64,000 bases of DNA from Gammaproteobacteria bacterium (GCA_965238175.1 CBDEGZ010000003.1:2976001-3040000), one strand, 5' to 3'. Numbered from the stretch's first letter, positions 20,268-30,661 are shown. The notes: generated by a model not told the origin, from the letters alone. Made by a program: numbers and translations.

Positions 20268-23200
20268 ATGGCGCTGAACCTGGTCGATTTTACACTTAAA
20301 AATAATCGTCTGTCGATTATCCTGACACTCGCCATTGTAGTTTGGGGATGTCTGGCTTACCTAAGTCTACCAAAGGCCGAAGATCCTGGGTTTGTTGTCC
20401 GGACTGCCATTGTTAACACTAAAATGCCCGGGGCAAGTGCTCAGCGAATAGAAGAATTAGTCACGTCTGTGATTGAAGAAGCCATTATGGAAATGCCTGA
20501 GTTAGACAATGTACAGAGTATTTCAAGAGAAGGCCTTTCATATATTACCGTCAACTTCAAGGAAAGTTACAAGGTGATGCGGCCTATATTTGATTCTCTA
20601 CGTCGAAAAATTGAAGCCGTTTCCCCTGATCTGCCGCAAGGTATACAGGGTCCTATCGTCGATGACGAATTTGGTGATGTCTTTGGTAGTCTGTTCACAC
20701 TCACCGGTGATGGTTTTAACTTAACCGAATTAGCCGATATAGCCGATGATATTCGGGATCAACTTATTGGCCTTGATTTAGTTTCAAAAGTTGAACTTTA
20801 CGGCAAACAAAATGAGGTGATCTATGTACAATATAGTAATGCACGTTTGAGCGAAATGGGGTTGAACCCTGCAATGCTTAGCGATGCGATCAGTAGTGTC
20901 AATGTTATATCACCCGGTGGTGACATCATCATTGGAGAGGAACGAATAAGTCTTGAACCAAGCGGTAATTTCTCCTCTTTGGATGATCTAAAACAAACCC
21001 TAATTCGTGATAAACAGAATAACCTTGTACAGCTCCAGGACATTGCTGATGTAACACGAGTACTAGAAGATCCGGCTACCAGTCTGGTGTATGCCAATGG
21101 GAAACCCGCAATGGTTCTCGCTATTTCAATGAATGAAGGTGGAGACATTCTCAAACTAGGCGAAGAGTTACGCGCATTTGCCAGTGACGTGCAATCATCA
21201 CTCCCACTGGGCGTAGATCTCAGAGAATCCGCATTTCAAGCAGACATTGTGGCATTAAAAATAGAAGATTTTATTTCTAGTATTTTGCAAGCAATCGTTA
21301 TTGTCTTCGTCGTACTGCTTGTTTTTCTGGGTCTACGGACAGCACTCGCTGTTGCGATATTAATCCCTTTGGCCATCTTGAGTACTTTTGCGTTTATGAC
21401 CGTGTTTGATATCACGATCAACCAGGTTTCGTTAGCCGGTTTAATCATTTCTCTCGGGTTGCTTGTTGATAATGGCATTGTTATCAACGAGTCTATAATG
21501 CTTAAAATGGAGAAAGGTAAAACAGGCATTGAAGCTGCCAGTTTGACTATTAATGAGCTTAAAATTCCTCTCCTGGTCGCTTCTCTAACAACCGTGGCCG
21601 CCTTTATGCCAATTGCATTAGCAGAGTCAGGAATAGGCGAGTTTTGTGCGGCAATTTGCTACATAGTTGCAATCTCACTGGGATCTTCATGGGTGTTTTC
21701 TGTCACCATTATTCCCGCTATTGCATCGCTATTACTAAAGGTAAAAAACACCAAGAAAAACAAATCAGATGAAACATCGCGTGGGTTATTTATTCGCCTT
21801 TATGGAAAGATAATTCAAATAGTACTTAGGTTTAGATGGGTTGCCATATTATTGGTAGTCTCTCTTTTTGGTACGGTAGGTTATGCATTAAGCCATGTCC
21901 CTGCAGTGTTTATCCCTCCCTCAGATGAGGCAATTGTTAGTGTAGAGTTAGATCTACCACTTGGCCGTGATATTGAAGTCACACGACAATTATCCGATCA
22001 GCTACAGACTACCTATGAGACCCTTAAGTACAACAGTAAAAATGACAGTGGCTTGATTACGGGTTGGACAAATTTTGTGGGTTCTAGCGCCCCAAAATTT
22101 AAACTGGGCTACAACCCCGGTGCCGGAAATCCAGCTCACGTATCCAGTATCGTGAATGTACGAAATACAGCCGCACTTGATCCAACAATTACAAAGCTAA
22201 GTGAGTACGTTGCTAATCATCACCCTGATGTAGACTTTAAAATTCAACGCTTATCGCAGGGTCCACCCGTCGCTTATCCGATACAAGTGCGCCTGAGTGG
22301 TCACAATATCAACGAACTGGAACTTCGTGCAGCCGCAATCAAGCAACAGTTAATAAACATTCCAGGTGTACTCACTATAAAAGATGACTGGGGTGTAAGA
22401 TCTAAAAAAATAGCGATCAATGTTAATCAGGAACGCGCACGTGCATCTGGCGTATCAAGCGCAGACGTCGCTGATTCATTACGGCTAAGTTTGAGTGGAA
22501 ATTCAGTCAGTGACTTTCGCGAAGGTGAAGACAGAATTCCCATTACTTTAATTACTGAAGGGATCGAGCGAAATGACCTGAGGATCATCAATGATTTAAC
22601 GATCAATTCTCAGACAGGTGAAAGTGTTAAATTAGCCCAGGTGGCGGACAACAAGGTGCAATGGTCTGCTTCAAATATTTTACGTAGAAATCGTGTCCGT
22701 ACCGTGACAATATCAGCGACATTATTCCAGCACTATACTGCGACCATGATTAATCAGACGTTTACTCCCTGGTTAGATGAGTTTACCGCTCAACTACCGC
22801 CTGGTTATTCTATAGAAATTGGTGGTGAATCAGAATCTTCTGATGATGCTAGCCAGTCTATCGTCGATAAACTACCTATAGCATTTATTTTTATCGTGCT
22901 ATTGCTGGTTGGCCAATTTAATTCACTACGTAAAGCGACCTTGATCATGTTAACTATTCCGATGGGTGTTATCGGCATGGCATGGGGATTATGGATCGCG
23001 AGTTCAACGTTTGGTTTCTTTACCATCCTCGGTCTATTGTCGCTGGCGGGAATTATTATTAATAACGCGATCGTCTTGATTGACAGTATTGATTCCTTTC
23101 GAGATCAAGACTTAAGTCCCTGGGATGCAATCGTCTCTGCCAGCGAATCAAGACTTAGACCAATATTACTCACAACGGCTACAACTTGTGGTGGCATGAT

Positions 23201-23348
23201 TCCTTTATGGCTTGGCGGAGGAATGTTTGAAACCATGGCGGTCACGATTTTCTTCGGTCTATTATTTGGCTCTGTAATAACGCTTGTAGTGGTACCTGCT
23301 TTATATGCAATTTTCTTTAAAGTCGCTGCCCCAGTTAAATCTGCTTAA
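20268..23348 (+). CDS. RND efflux permease (AcrB/AcrD/AcrF family)
   Basis: 1026 aa, PGASAQRIEELV, GLLVDNGIV, RLRPILLTT, two TM clusters. Confidence 0.95.
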   Translation: MALNLVDFTLKNNRLSIILTLAIVVWGCLAYLSLPKAEDPGFVVRTAIVNTKMPGASAQRIEELVTSVIEEAIMEMPELDNVQSISREGLSYITVNFKESYKVMRPIFDSLRRKIEAVSPDLPQGIQGPIVDDEFGDVFGSLFTLTGDGFNLTELADIADDIRDQLIGLDLVSKVELYGKQNEVIYVQYSNARLSEMGLNPAMLSDAISSVNVISPGGDIIIGEERISLEPSGNFSSLDDLKQTLIRDKQNNLVQLQDIADVTRVLEDPATSLVYANGKPAMVLAISMNEGGDILKLGEELRAFASDVQSSLPLGVDLRESAFQADIVALKIEDFISSILQAIVIVFVVLLVFLGLRTALAVAILIPLAILSTFAFMTVFDITINQVSLAGLIISLGLLVDNGIVINESIMLKMEKGKTGIEAASLTINELKIPLLVASLTTVAAFMPIALAESGIGEFCAAICYIVAISLGSSWVFSVTIIPAIASLLLKVKNTKKNKSDETSRGLFIRLYGKIIQIVLRFRWVAILLVVSLFGTVGYALSHVPAVFIPPSDEAIVSVELDLPLGRDIEVTRQLSDQLQTTYETLKYNSKNDSGLITGWTNFVGSSAPKFKLGYNPGAGNPAHVSSIVNVRNTAALDPTITKLSEYVANHHPDVDFKIQRLSQGPPVAYPIQVRLSGHNINELELRAAAIKQQLINIPGVLTIKDDWGVRSKKIAINVNQERARASGVSSADVADSLRLSLSGNSVSDFREGEDRIPITLITEGIERNDLRIINDLTINSQTGESVKLAQVADNKVQWSASNILRRNRVRTVTISATLFQHYTATMINQTFTPWLDEFTAQLPPGYSIEIGGESESSDDASQSIVDKLPIAFIFIVLLLVGQFNSLRKATLIMLTIPMGVIGMAWGLWIASSTFGFFTILGLLSLAGIIINNAIVLIDSIDSFRDQDLSPWDAIVSASESRLRPILLTTATTCGGMIPLWLGGGMFETMAVTIFFGLLFGSVITLVVVPALYAIFFKVAAPVKSA

Positions 23349-23439
23349 ATAACCTGATGTGATGGTCTCCTCCCCCTAACGGCATCTAGGTGCCATGATT
23401 GAACTGACATACACACAATCAAAAGAGGAGAAGACCAAA

Positions 23440-24453
23440 ATGAAGACTACAACAATCGGGTTAGACATAGCAAAAAACGTATTTCATGCTGTCTGCTGTA
23501 ATCAACAAGGGCGTATAATCAAAAAGAAAATGTTAAAGCGAGCGCAGGTACTCTCCTTTTTTCAATCTCAACCTCCTTGTTTAGTCGCAATAGAATCTTG
23601 TGCAACGTCACAGTATTGGGCCCGAGCGATACAACAACAGGGACATCAGGTGAAATTACTACCACCTCAGCATGTTAACGCATTTCTAATCGGCAATAAG
23701 AATGATTATAACGATGCCTTGGCCATCGCCGTTGCTGCGAAACAACCTCATTTAAAAAGTGTGGGCATTAAATCAGTTGAGCAACAAGACAACCAGGCAC
23801 AACATAAAGCAAGAGACTTAGCGGTCAGACAAAGAACCGCATTATGTAACCAAATGAGAGCGCTTGTTGCAGAATATGGCATTAGCCTTCGTCCCGGCCT
23901 AAATACCCTACGTCAATCTATCCCGTTGCTATTAAGTGATGAGAACGAACGGTTGTCCGTTACTTTCAAAAGGATACTGCGCCAGCTAAAGGAACAATGG
24001 CAATCACTTGATGCCTGTATTGCGACATTTGACCAATTGATCATTCAATCGGCAAAAAACAATGCGATTTGCCAACGCTTACAAACTATTCCAGGGTTTG
24101 GGCCGATGGTCTCGAGCGCGTATTTTAATGAAGTGGGAAACGGCGCTCATTATCACAAAGGGCGCGATGTGTCCGCCTCATTAGGACTTGTTCCACGACA
24201 GTACAGTAGTGGTGGTAAAGAGGTGCTACTGGGGATCAGTAAACGCGGCAATAAATACCTTCGTTGTTTGTTAATTCTAGGCGCGAAGGCCGTGGTATCA
24301 AGAGCCAAAACGAAAGGCGATAAACTGAGTCAATGGATTAATCGTTTAGTTGAGACGCGGGGGCATAATCGAGCGTGTGTGGCGTATGCCAACAAAATGG
24401 CAAGAATGGCCTGGGCTATAACGGTTTCTGGTGATGACTACTCACCGGCCTAA
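23440..24453 (+). CDS. IS110-family recombinase/transposase
   Basis: RuvC-like DEDD N-domain (GLDIAKNVF, IESC, KNDYNDA) and C-terminal SSGGK serine motif; GAGGAG RBS at 23425-23430 favours the ATG at 23440. Confidence 0.96.
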   Translation: MKTTTIGLDIAKNVFHAVCCNQQGRIIKKKMLKRAQVLSFFQSQPPCLVAIESCATSQYWARAIQQQGHQVKLLPPQHVNAFLIGNKNDYNDALAIAVAAKQPHLKSVGIKSVEQQDNQAQHKARDLAVRQRTALCNQMRALVAEYGISLRPGLNTLRQSIPLLLSDENERLSVTFKRILRQLKEQWQSLDACIATFDQLIIQSAKNNAICQRLQTIPGFGPMVSSAYFNEVGNGAHYHKGRDVSASLGLVPRQYSSGGKEVLLGISKRGNKYLRCLLILGAKAVVSRAKTKGDKLSQWINRLVETRGHNRACVAYANKMARMAWAITVSGDDYSPA

Positions 24454-24499
24454 ATAGAGAGAACAAATCATTTCAACGAATTGCGAAGGTAAAACTAAA

Positions 24500-24665
24500 G
24501 ATGGCATAACAGGTCAAACCAGCCTATTGAAAACCTGTCGAGCTCAGGGGTAACTAATACCGATAACCTGATAAGGAAAATAGGCGCGTAATACATCCAG
24601 GTCAGAAGTTGAAAACTTCATTGAAGGCCGTATATATGACAGCAATCCTGTCCCTGTTATCTGAA
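24500..24665 (+). ncRNA. putative bridge RNA / seekRNA of the IS1111-group element
   Basis: Closing stem ATAACAGG(24506-13)/CCTGTTAT(24653-60); stem GCCTATT/AATAGGC enclosing target-matching segments; second loop with donor-matching segments. Boundaries approximate. Confidence 0.8.
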
Positions 24666-24674
24666 TGTTTTATC

Positions 24675-24703
24675 TTGCAATACGGGAGGAGACCATATAT
24701 GAA
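24675..24703 (+). promoter_or_regulatory. -35 box of the IS circle-junction promoter (TTGCAA-N17-TATGAT completed on circularisation)
   Basis: TTGCAA at 24675-80 then exactly 17 nt; joining the right end (..TA) to the left end (TGAT..) gives TATGAT, whereas the integrated form reads TATGAA. Confidence 0.75.
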
Positions 24704-24825
24704 CTCGGGATAAAAATGACCATAAAAACATTAAAAGACAATGACCGCACTCTTTTGCACTAAAAACGTCGATTTTTTCATAGAAAACTCTCCTAAATAC
24801 AGTGTAAGAATTTTCTACTTAAAAC

Positions 24826-27207
24826 TCAGATTGTTCTTCGGGGGATTACAATTATCTTACTCGACCAAAAAATCAGTATTAATATAGTAAGAATCGTGAT
24901 TATCAGACCTTCTTTTAATAACGGCGGGAAGTATTTTAGATCAATAATGTGCTGCCCTTTGCCCAATAACAGACCTGAAAAACCAGCATTAATTTTATAA
25001 ATATCAACTGCCTCATTGTTTACTGTTGCATGCCAACCAGAATCTTTAGGAATTGATAAAAATAACATTCCATCAGCTTCTAGATTTATATTGCCGGAAA
25101 TATCATCATCAGAAAATTTCGTCATTTTCATAACATTAAGTCTTCTCGAAGGGCAAGGATCAAATTCTGTGGCAGAACAAGTTAGCCCATCAAATTTTTC
25201 TGATATAAGTTCCATATTTTGATCTATCGAGGGTAAAAATCCAAATTGGAGTAAATTATCTCTTTCAGTAATATTCTCCATAGAAAAATACTTTTCTCGA
25301 TCAAGATACTTATCGTAAACAAACCCGAAAGGTAATGCCTCAGTCCTTTTAAAAACATGAATATCTCCGATAGTTTTTAGAAATTTTGAGGTCTCAGGTA
25401 TCACCTCTTCAGTTTTGGTCAGGTGATATTTGACACTTAATAGATTTGCTAAATCAGGTCTCTGCAGGGAAGTCCATCCTAGTATATTCATGCGTAAATT
25501 TGCTGGTGCATTGGGAACAGGAGGAATATTTAATGTATCAATAAACTCGAAATATGATGGAGTATTCAAAGAATTATATGAATCCATTCCCATATAATCC
25601 TGCACAACTGAATCATTCATACTTGAAATCCAACGATTTTTTTCAACCCTAAAAAAAGTATCATCGATACTCTCAAGATACTTAATAACATCATTTGTAT
25701 AACCAAAGAGATCAATCTCCTGATTATTAAGAAGTGCTTCTTTGTCTGCTTCCATCCCTTTCGTCAAAACATTTCTTTTTCCAAAAGTGTCACTATGTTC
25801 TGATACCATTTCCACAGACAACGTCATTATCAATATGGCAAGTGCAACGTATTTAGTAAATACATTTTTTGTCAGAAAAAATAACACTGCTCCATAGACA
25901 AGAATAAAAGCGATACTTTTCCAAGTTTTTATTACGTTATATTGATATATTGCTAATTCGTTTGCATATCGATGATTGATGAAAACCAGACTAATCAACA
26001 GAATAAAAATAGTCGTAATTAATAGCTTATAATTAACCTCTCTTTTTTCAAAGATCTCTTTCAACATAGAGGCTAACAATATAAGTTCTACAAAAATTAT
26101 GTTGTATCCCCAACGATATGTCGCATATTGAAATCCATTCATAATACGTGCAAAAAATGGAAATATCAGGAATACTAATACTATAAAAATACCAACGGAT
26201 ATAACTATTTTTCGTTTTCGATCAAAAAGGATAAAAGCCTGCGGAAATGTTACTAAAAATAGTAGCCCACAATACAACTGCATTGATTCGTAATAATTAA
26301 GAAAACCTATATAGGAAGAACCGATGCCTTGTAGATTATTGGAAAACAAACGACTAAATATAGAGAAATAATAATCGTAAGAGTTAAACAGAAACTGCAT
26401 ACGAAATATGCTCATTATTCCTTCGGTCGATGTTCTTGGACTTGATTTTAAAAGGTGATATTCAGGGAAAATGAATACTGCAACTAGCCCTACTGCAAGA
26501 AAGAATATGATTATAAATTTCCCTGTCGTTCTCAGAAAAAATTTCATATCAAATCCATAATCAAAATAGAATCTAAAAAGATAATAGGTAATTACGAAAA
26601 TAAATATCTGATAAAAAAAGTATATGTTTAACAAAAGTAAGGCCTTTGTTGACAACAACAATAACCATTTTCCTTCTGACATAAACCGTTCAAGTGCTAG
26701 CAATAGTAAAGGCAAGAAAACCACACTCGAACTGAAAAAATAATGTTGTCCCCATAACATTAAGTAACCATTAAAAGCGAAAAGAAAAGAACAAATAACG
26801 GCAGGAATGGCACCTACTTTTATATATGTAAAATAAAAGTAGGTGAAAAGTGCGGATAAAATTATTTTTAATATATAAACATATACCAATAAAAATGACA
26901 CATTTTCTGGACCAGCTATGAAATAGACAAGAGAAAATGGATCATACAAAAAGGCATATAAGGTTAGTACACTTGTCCCCACACCCATCTTAAAAGACCA
27001 GAATGAGAATTCTAAATTATGGATTTGTTCGGCTAAAAAATAATAAAAACGATAGTAAGAATAAAAAGTATCACTACCAATATCTCTGAACAAAAATAAT
27101 TTATTACCCACTAAAAATGATTTGAACAATACTAAGCAGGTTAAAAAAACTGCTGTGAAAAGTAGAATTAGATATTTTGGATGATCAAGAATACTTTTAG
27201 ATTGCAA
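24826..27207 (-). CDS. YfhO-family multi-pass membrane protein (GT-C-like)
   Basis: Many TMs; C-terminal LFLSIPKDSGWHATVN...GQHIIDLKYFPP typical of YfhO. Confidence 0.8.
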   Translation of the reverse strand: MQSKSILDHPKYLILLFTAVFLTCLVLFKSFLVGNKLFLFRDIGSDTFYSYYRFYYFLAEQIHNLEFSFWSFKMGVGTSVLTLYAFLYDPFSLVYFIAGPENVSFLLVYVYILKIILSALFTYFYFTYIKVGAIPAVICSFLFAFNGYLMLWGQHYFFSSSVVFLPLLLLALERFMSEGKWLLLLSTKALLLLNIYFFYQIFIFVITYYLFRFYFDYGFDMKFFLRTTGKFIIIFFLAVGLVAVFIFPEYHLLKSSPRTSTEGIMSIFRMQFLFNSYDYYFSIFSRLFSNNLQGIGSSYIGFLNYYESMQLYCGLLFLVTFPQAFILFDRKRKIVISVGIFIVLVFLIFPFFARIMNGFQYATYRWGYNIIFVELILLASMLKEIFEKREVNYKLLITTIFILLISLVFINHRYANELAIYQYNVIKTWKSIAFILVYGAVLFFLTKNVFTKYVALAILIMTLSVEMVSEHSDTFGKRNVLTKGMEADKEALLNNQEIDLFGYTNDVIKYLESIDDTFFRVEKNRWISSMNDSVVQDYMGMDSYNSLNTPSYFEFIDTLNIPPVPNAPANLRMNILGWTSLQRPDLANLLSVKYHLTKTEEVIPETSKFLKTIGDIHVFKRTEALPFGFVYDKYLDREKYFSMENITERDNLLQFGFLPSIDQNMELISEKFDGLTCSATEFDPCPSRRLNVMKMTKFSDDDISGNINLEADGMLFLSIPKDSGWHATVNNEAVDIYKINAGFSGLLLGKGQHIIDLKYFPPLLKEGLIITILTILILIFWSSKIIVIPRRTI

Positions 27208-27223
27208 ATTTCTAATCTCGGCT

Positions 27224-28429
27224 TTAAAAAAATTTGTTACTTATCCACCCAAAAAAAACGATTAACTTATGAGTTATCTTTTTCACAAAACGCGGGAGTT
27301 TTGTCGTCTTTCCTACATACCACAATAATGCTTTCTGGCTCTCATTAAACCAGGTTTTGAAGGGCTTTAGATGTATATCTTCTGGAAGAGAGCCTTCATC
27401 TCGATGGCTTTTGATCCACTGATAAAAACTAATCTTGTGGTTGCTAGCTAAAGCACTTACAGAAAATGGGTCATCAAACTCATCTTGTAAGTCACTATCA
27501 TTCCTAAATAGAACCCTGTCTCTTTGCTCTATTTTCTCACCATTATTATAGAAGCCATAGAACCACGGATGCTTACTAACAGTCTTCTGCCCTTGCTGGT
27601 CACATTGTTGTTTATACCATTTATCAAGTTCCCAAGCTGTTGGCATGTCATCAGCATATCTTTCCAGCATCATAAGGCTGGCTCCATTATCAACGCCAGA
27701 AAAATGATGAAAACAGATAGGGAAATCATTAACTTTAATTTCAGTTTTGACTGAGCCCGTCAACTTCCGAGTAGAATAATTCCAGGTTGCAACATTGTAG
27801 ATTGGATCTCTAACAATCTTGTGAGTCTCAAAAAATGCAGGGACAAAGTCCATCCATCTTTGATCAGTAAAAATTCCAAATGGGATATTGTCATGACAGA
27901 AATGTGTCAAGCGATGCGACCACCAATCAATCAATCGATTTCCGTCAGTATCGTTTTTTATACCGAGAAATCCTAGATTGTATATGCCGTGACGCATACT
28001 TGATGTTTCATTATCAATAATCGCCTGCAAATCATCTTCTTCCACCACCACATGAGGAGTTAACAAAATACTATGTTTATCTAGTAAATTTGATAAAGAA
28101 GACAATCCAGAAAAAATGACAACATCAGGATCAAAATAGAATAATTTTTCACTATTATATTTGTCGAGCAAATAACGAAAACAATGTGGTTTAACTGCAG
28201 TACATAACTCTACCACTGAATGGTGAAATACCCAGCTTTGTTCTAGACCTAAATCATCAATCGTAATTATTGAATCAAAAGGTTCCATTTCAACATCAAG
28301 CCAATCGGGAATTTTATCCGATAACATTAAGTGCATACGAATATCTGGCTCGTGCTCTTTAAGAGAGTTAGCTAGCACCCGAGCTTTTGCTAAATAATTA
28401 ATGTTTGCGCTTGTAAAGGCATCTACCAT
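27224..28429 (-). CDS. glycosyltransferase (GT-A fold, GT8-like)
   Basis: ELCTAVKP, YFDPD DxD motif, NLGFLG, DQRWMD. Confidence 0.75.
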   Translation of the reverse strand: MVDAFTSANINYLAKARVLANSLKEHEPDIRMHLMLSDKIPDWLDVEMEPFDSIITIDDLGLEQSWVFHHSVVELCTAVKPHCFRYLLDKYNSEKLFYFDPDVVIFSGLSSLSNLLDKHSILLTPHVVVEEDDLQAIIDNETSSMRHGIYNLGFLGIKNDTDGNRLIDWWSHRLTHFCHDNIPFGIFTDQRWMDFVPAFFETHKIVRDPIYNVATWNYSTRKLTGSVKTEIKVNDFPICFHHFSGVDNGASLMMLERYADDMPTAWELDKWYKQQCDQQGQKTVSKHPWFYGFYNNGEKIEQRDRVLFRNDSDLQDEFDDPFSVSALASNHKISFYQWIKSHRDEGSLPEDIHLKPFKTWFNESQKALLWYVGKTTKLPRFVKKITHKLIVFFGWISNKFF

Positions 28430-28430
28430 A

Positions 28431-29495
28431 CTAAGTTCTCAACCATAACCTTTTGATTAAACTCAAGTGAAGAATATCCTTTAATGCATATTCAATCCTT
28501 TGAGTAAACCATAATAATTTATTTTCTATTACTATACTGTTGGCTAAATTTATCGCCTCTAATACATTGGAAGAAATACAAGCTTGTTTCGGTATACCGG
28601 CATCGTGTTGATCAACAAAAAGTTTATAAACATTTGAATTAATAACGATATCCTTCGAAAATTTTGAGTAGACAAAAAAAGATAACTTTGTTGGTCTAAA
28701 TATTTCCGCAAGTATTTCAGTAATTAATTTCTCATCAACATCTACTAAAATTTCTTTTTGTTTATCTCTTACCAATGGATAGTACACATCTAACATTTTA
28801 TCGCGTGTTAAAATCTCATTTACACTGTATGGAGTTCGATACAAACTGCTAACTTCATTGACAAAAATAAAATCATCTTTGCTTGCATATCTCACCCACA
28901 AATGCCAATCCTCAAGCCGCCCTAATTCAGGATCAAAACCACCATATTCCATAAATAAAGTTCTTCTAAACAATACACATTGTATAGCGAGATTATTATT
29001 TACCAGTAAAGCACCACGACTAAATTCACGCTGAAATGAGAGAGTTTTTTTACCATCTGTATGATCAAAAGGAGTGTAACTCCGTATTTCGCTAGGAACT
29101 TCTTCTGCCAATGAATATGCTGCACCAACATCTTCATGCGTTTCTAGTGCCGTAACGAGTAGTTGCAAATGTTGCGGATAGAAAAGATCATCATCATCCA
29201 AGAAACAGAGGTATTCACCCTTTGCTTCTTTTAAACCGAGATTTCCAGCAGCACAACGATCAAAAAGTTCAGAGTAATAATAATTTATAACCCTGGAATC
29301 ATCCCCGAATTCATAGTTCAACAACCATGCCTCTAGATCATTTGAACCATTTTCAATAATAACTAGCTCTATACTTTGATACGTCTGTTTTAGAACAGAA
29401 TCAATCGCTTCGGCCAGACATCCTTTTCGAAAAGAATTTGTCCGAATAATTACGCTAACCGTGGGCAAATTCATTTTAGTATGCTTCTTACCCAT
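28431..29495 (-). CDS. glycosyltransferase family 2
   Basis: VSVIIRT, GEYLCFLDDDD, EDWHLW. Confidence 0.9.
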   Translation of the reverse strand: MGKKHTKMNLPTVSVIIRTNSFRKGCLAEAIDSVLKQTYQSIELVIIENGSNDLEAWLLNYEFGDDSRVINYYYSELFDRCAAGNLGLKEAKGEYLCFLDDDDLFYPQHLQLLVTALETHEDVGAAYSLAEEVPSEIRSYTPFDHTDGKKTLSFQREFSRGALLVNNNLAIQCVLFRRTLFMEYGGFDPELGRLEDWHLWVRYASKDDFIFVNEVSSLYRTPYSVNEILTRDKMLDVYYPLVRDKQKEILVDVDEKLITEILAEIFRPTKLSFFVYSKFSKDIVINSNVYKLFVDQHDAGIPKQACISSNVLEAINLANSIVIENKLLWFTQRIEYALKDILHLSLIKRLWLRT

Positions 29496-30541
29496 AAAAG
29501 CAAACGTATATCCAACCTATTATTTAACTTATCTCTGTATTCAACTAACAGTATATTTTCGTTTAACAGTTCCTTATTAACTGCCGCAAAGTCTTCTCGT
29601 TGTTCGACTAACGCTGTGTTTTCCTTCTTTAGTGCTGAAACCAGATCATTCCATGAGGCCGTTGCTTGACTAACCAATTCGTAAACTGGTGCTAATTTTT
29701 CCCGTACTCGTTGGATCCGATCACGATCTTTGTTTTTTTTCTCGCTAGCATTTGTTTGAATTAAAAACGCTTCGTACAGCTCCAATGTGCAGACAGACTC
29801 ATCGGAATACTTTTCTAATAAGTCAGCAGATTTGTTATGCCACAAACTATCTGTGACTAAATCTGCCATTTTTGCTTGAACTTCTATACCCTCAACTGAA
29901 CGAGGCCACTCAATATCAAGATCACTTCCTACTCTCGAAATTGTGCTTTTCCAATCCTTATTCAATGCTTCATAGGTAAGCCAAGATCGCTGATGTTCAA
30001 CACTAAATTCCTCCGCTTCTAAAAAATACCTAATCCATAAGTAAAGGCTATATTGCCACGGCAAGCTATCCCTCTTTACCAAAGAAGCTGCAACTTCGAA
30101 AGGATGTCTCCCAATAAAGAGAAATTTAGGTGTGATGTTTAATTCTTCAAAAATTGAATGCCAGAGTGGTAGCAAGCGACACATCCGCGGGTCTTTTATA
30201 CCCCACAAGTCATGACCCGAAAATTCTGTTTTTATGATATCTACAAGTACTTCTCTGTAGGGTTTGACTCTCTCATCATGCTGCCAATGTGCTGGCAAAG
30301 CAGAAATTTTATCCCAATGAAGACCGAACACCGAAAATATTTCATCATGAATTGCGACAATCTTCTCATGTTCCCAAAATCCCTTTGCATTGACATCCTT
30401 CTGTGCTCCCATCAGGTTCTTCTCGTCACCCAGATGTATACCAAGATTATATAGTGCCCCAGCAAGCAGCGAGGTCCCACTTCTATGCATACCCAATACG
30501 ATGAGTGGTGTTCCAACTTTAGTCATTGATGTTGTTGTCAT
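29471..30541 (-). CDS. sulfotransferase-family protein with C-terminal coiled coil
   Basis: VLGMHRSGTS PAPS-binding loop, KDPR, RHPFEVAASL. Confidence 0.8.
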   Translation of the reverse strand: MTTTSMTKVGTPLIVLGMHRSGTSLLAGALYNLGIHLGDEKNLMGAQKDVNAKGFWEHEKIVAIHDEIFSVFGLHWDKISALPAHWQHDERVKPYREVLVDIIKTEFSGHDLWGIKDPRMCRLLPLWHSIFEELNITPKFLFIGRHPFEVAASLVKRDSLPWQYSLYLWIRYFLEAEEFSVEHQRSWLTYEALNKDWKSTISRVGSDLDIEWPRSVEGIEVQAKMADLVTDSLWHNKSADLLEKYSDESVCTLELYEAFLIQTNASEKKNKDRDRIQRVREKLAPVYELVSQATASWNDLVSALKKENTALVEQREDFAAVNKELLNENILLVEYRDKLNNRLDIRLLLWVRSILK

Positions 30542-30661
30542 CTTTGGAAACAGTAACTCTTTGGGTCTGTGGTTGGAAAATAAGCAAGAAATTGGGAGTT
30601 TTTTAAATAAGTGCTGTTTAGTTGGCTGGAATAATTCAATAGATTTTAGGCAGAATTATAC

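Larger units (their letters stand above)
23355..24699 (+). mobile_element. IS110 family, IS1111-group insertion sequence (complete)
   Basis: Perfect 13-bp sub-terminal inverted repeats ATGGTCTCCTCCC (23362-23374) / GGGAGGAGACCAT (24684-24696), 7 nt and 3 nt inside the inferred ends. TGA is shared at both junctions; long 3' non-coding region. Confidence 0.93.

Noticed and set aside
23395-23439. Longer N-terminus of the IS110 recombinase
   Set aside because: The RBS and family-typical start (MKTTTIGLDIAK) point to 23440.
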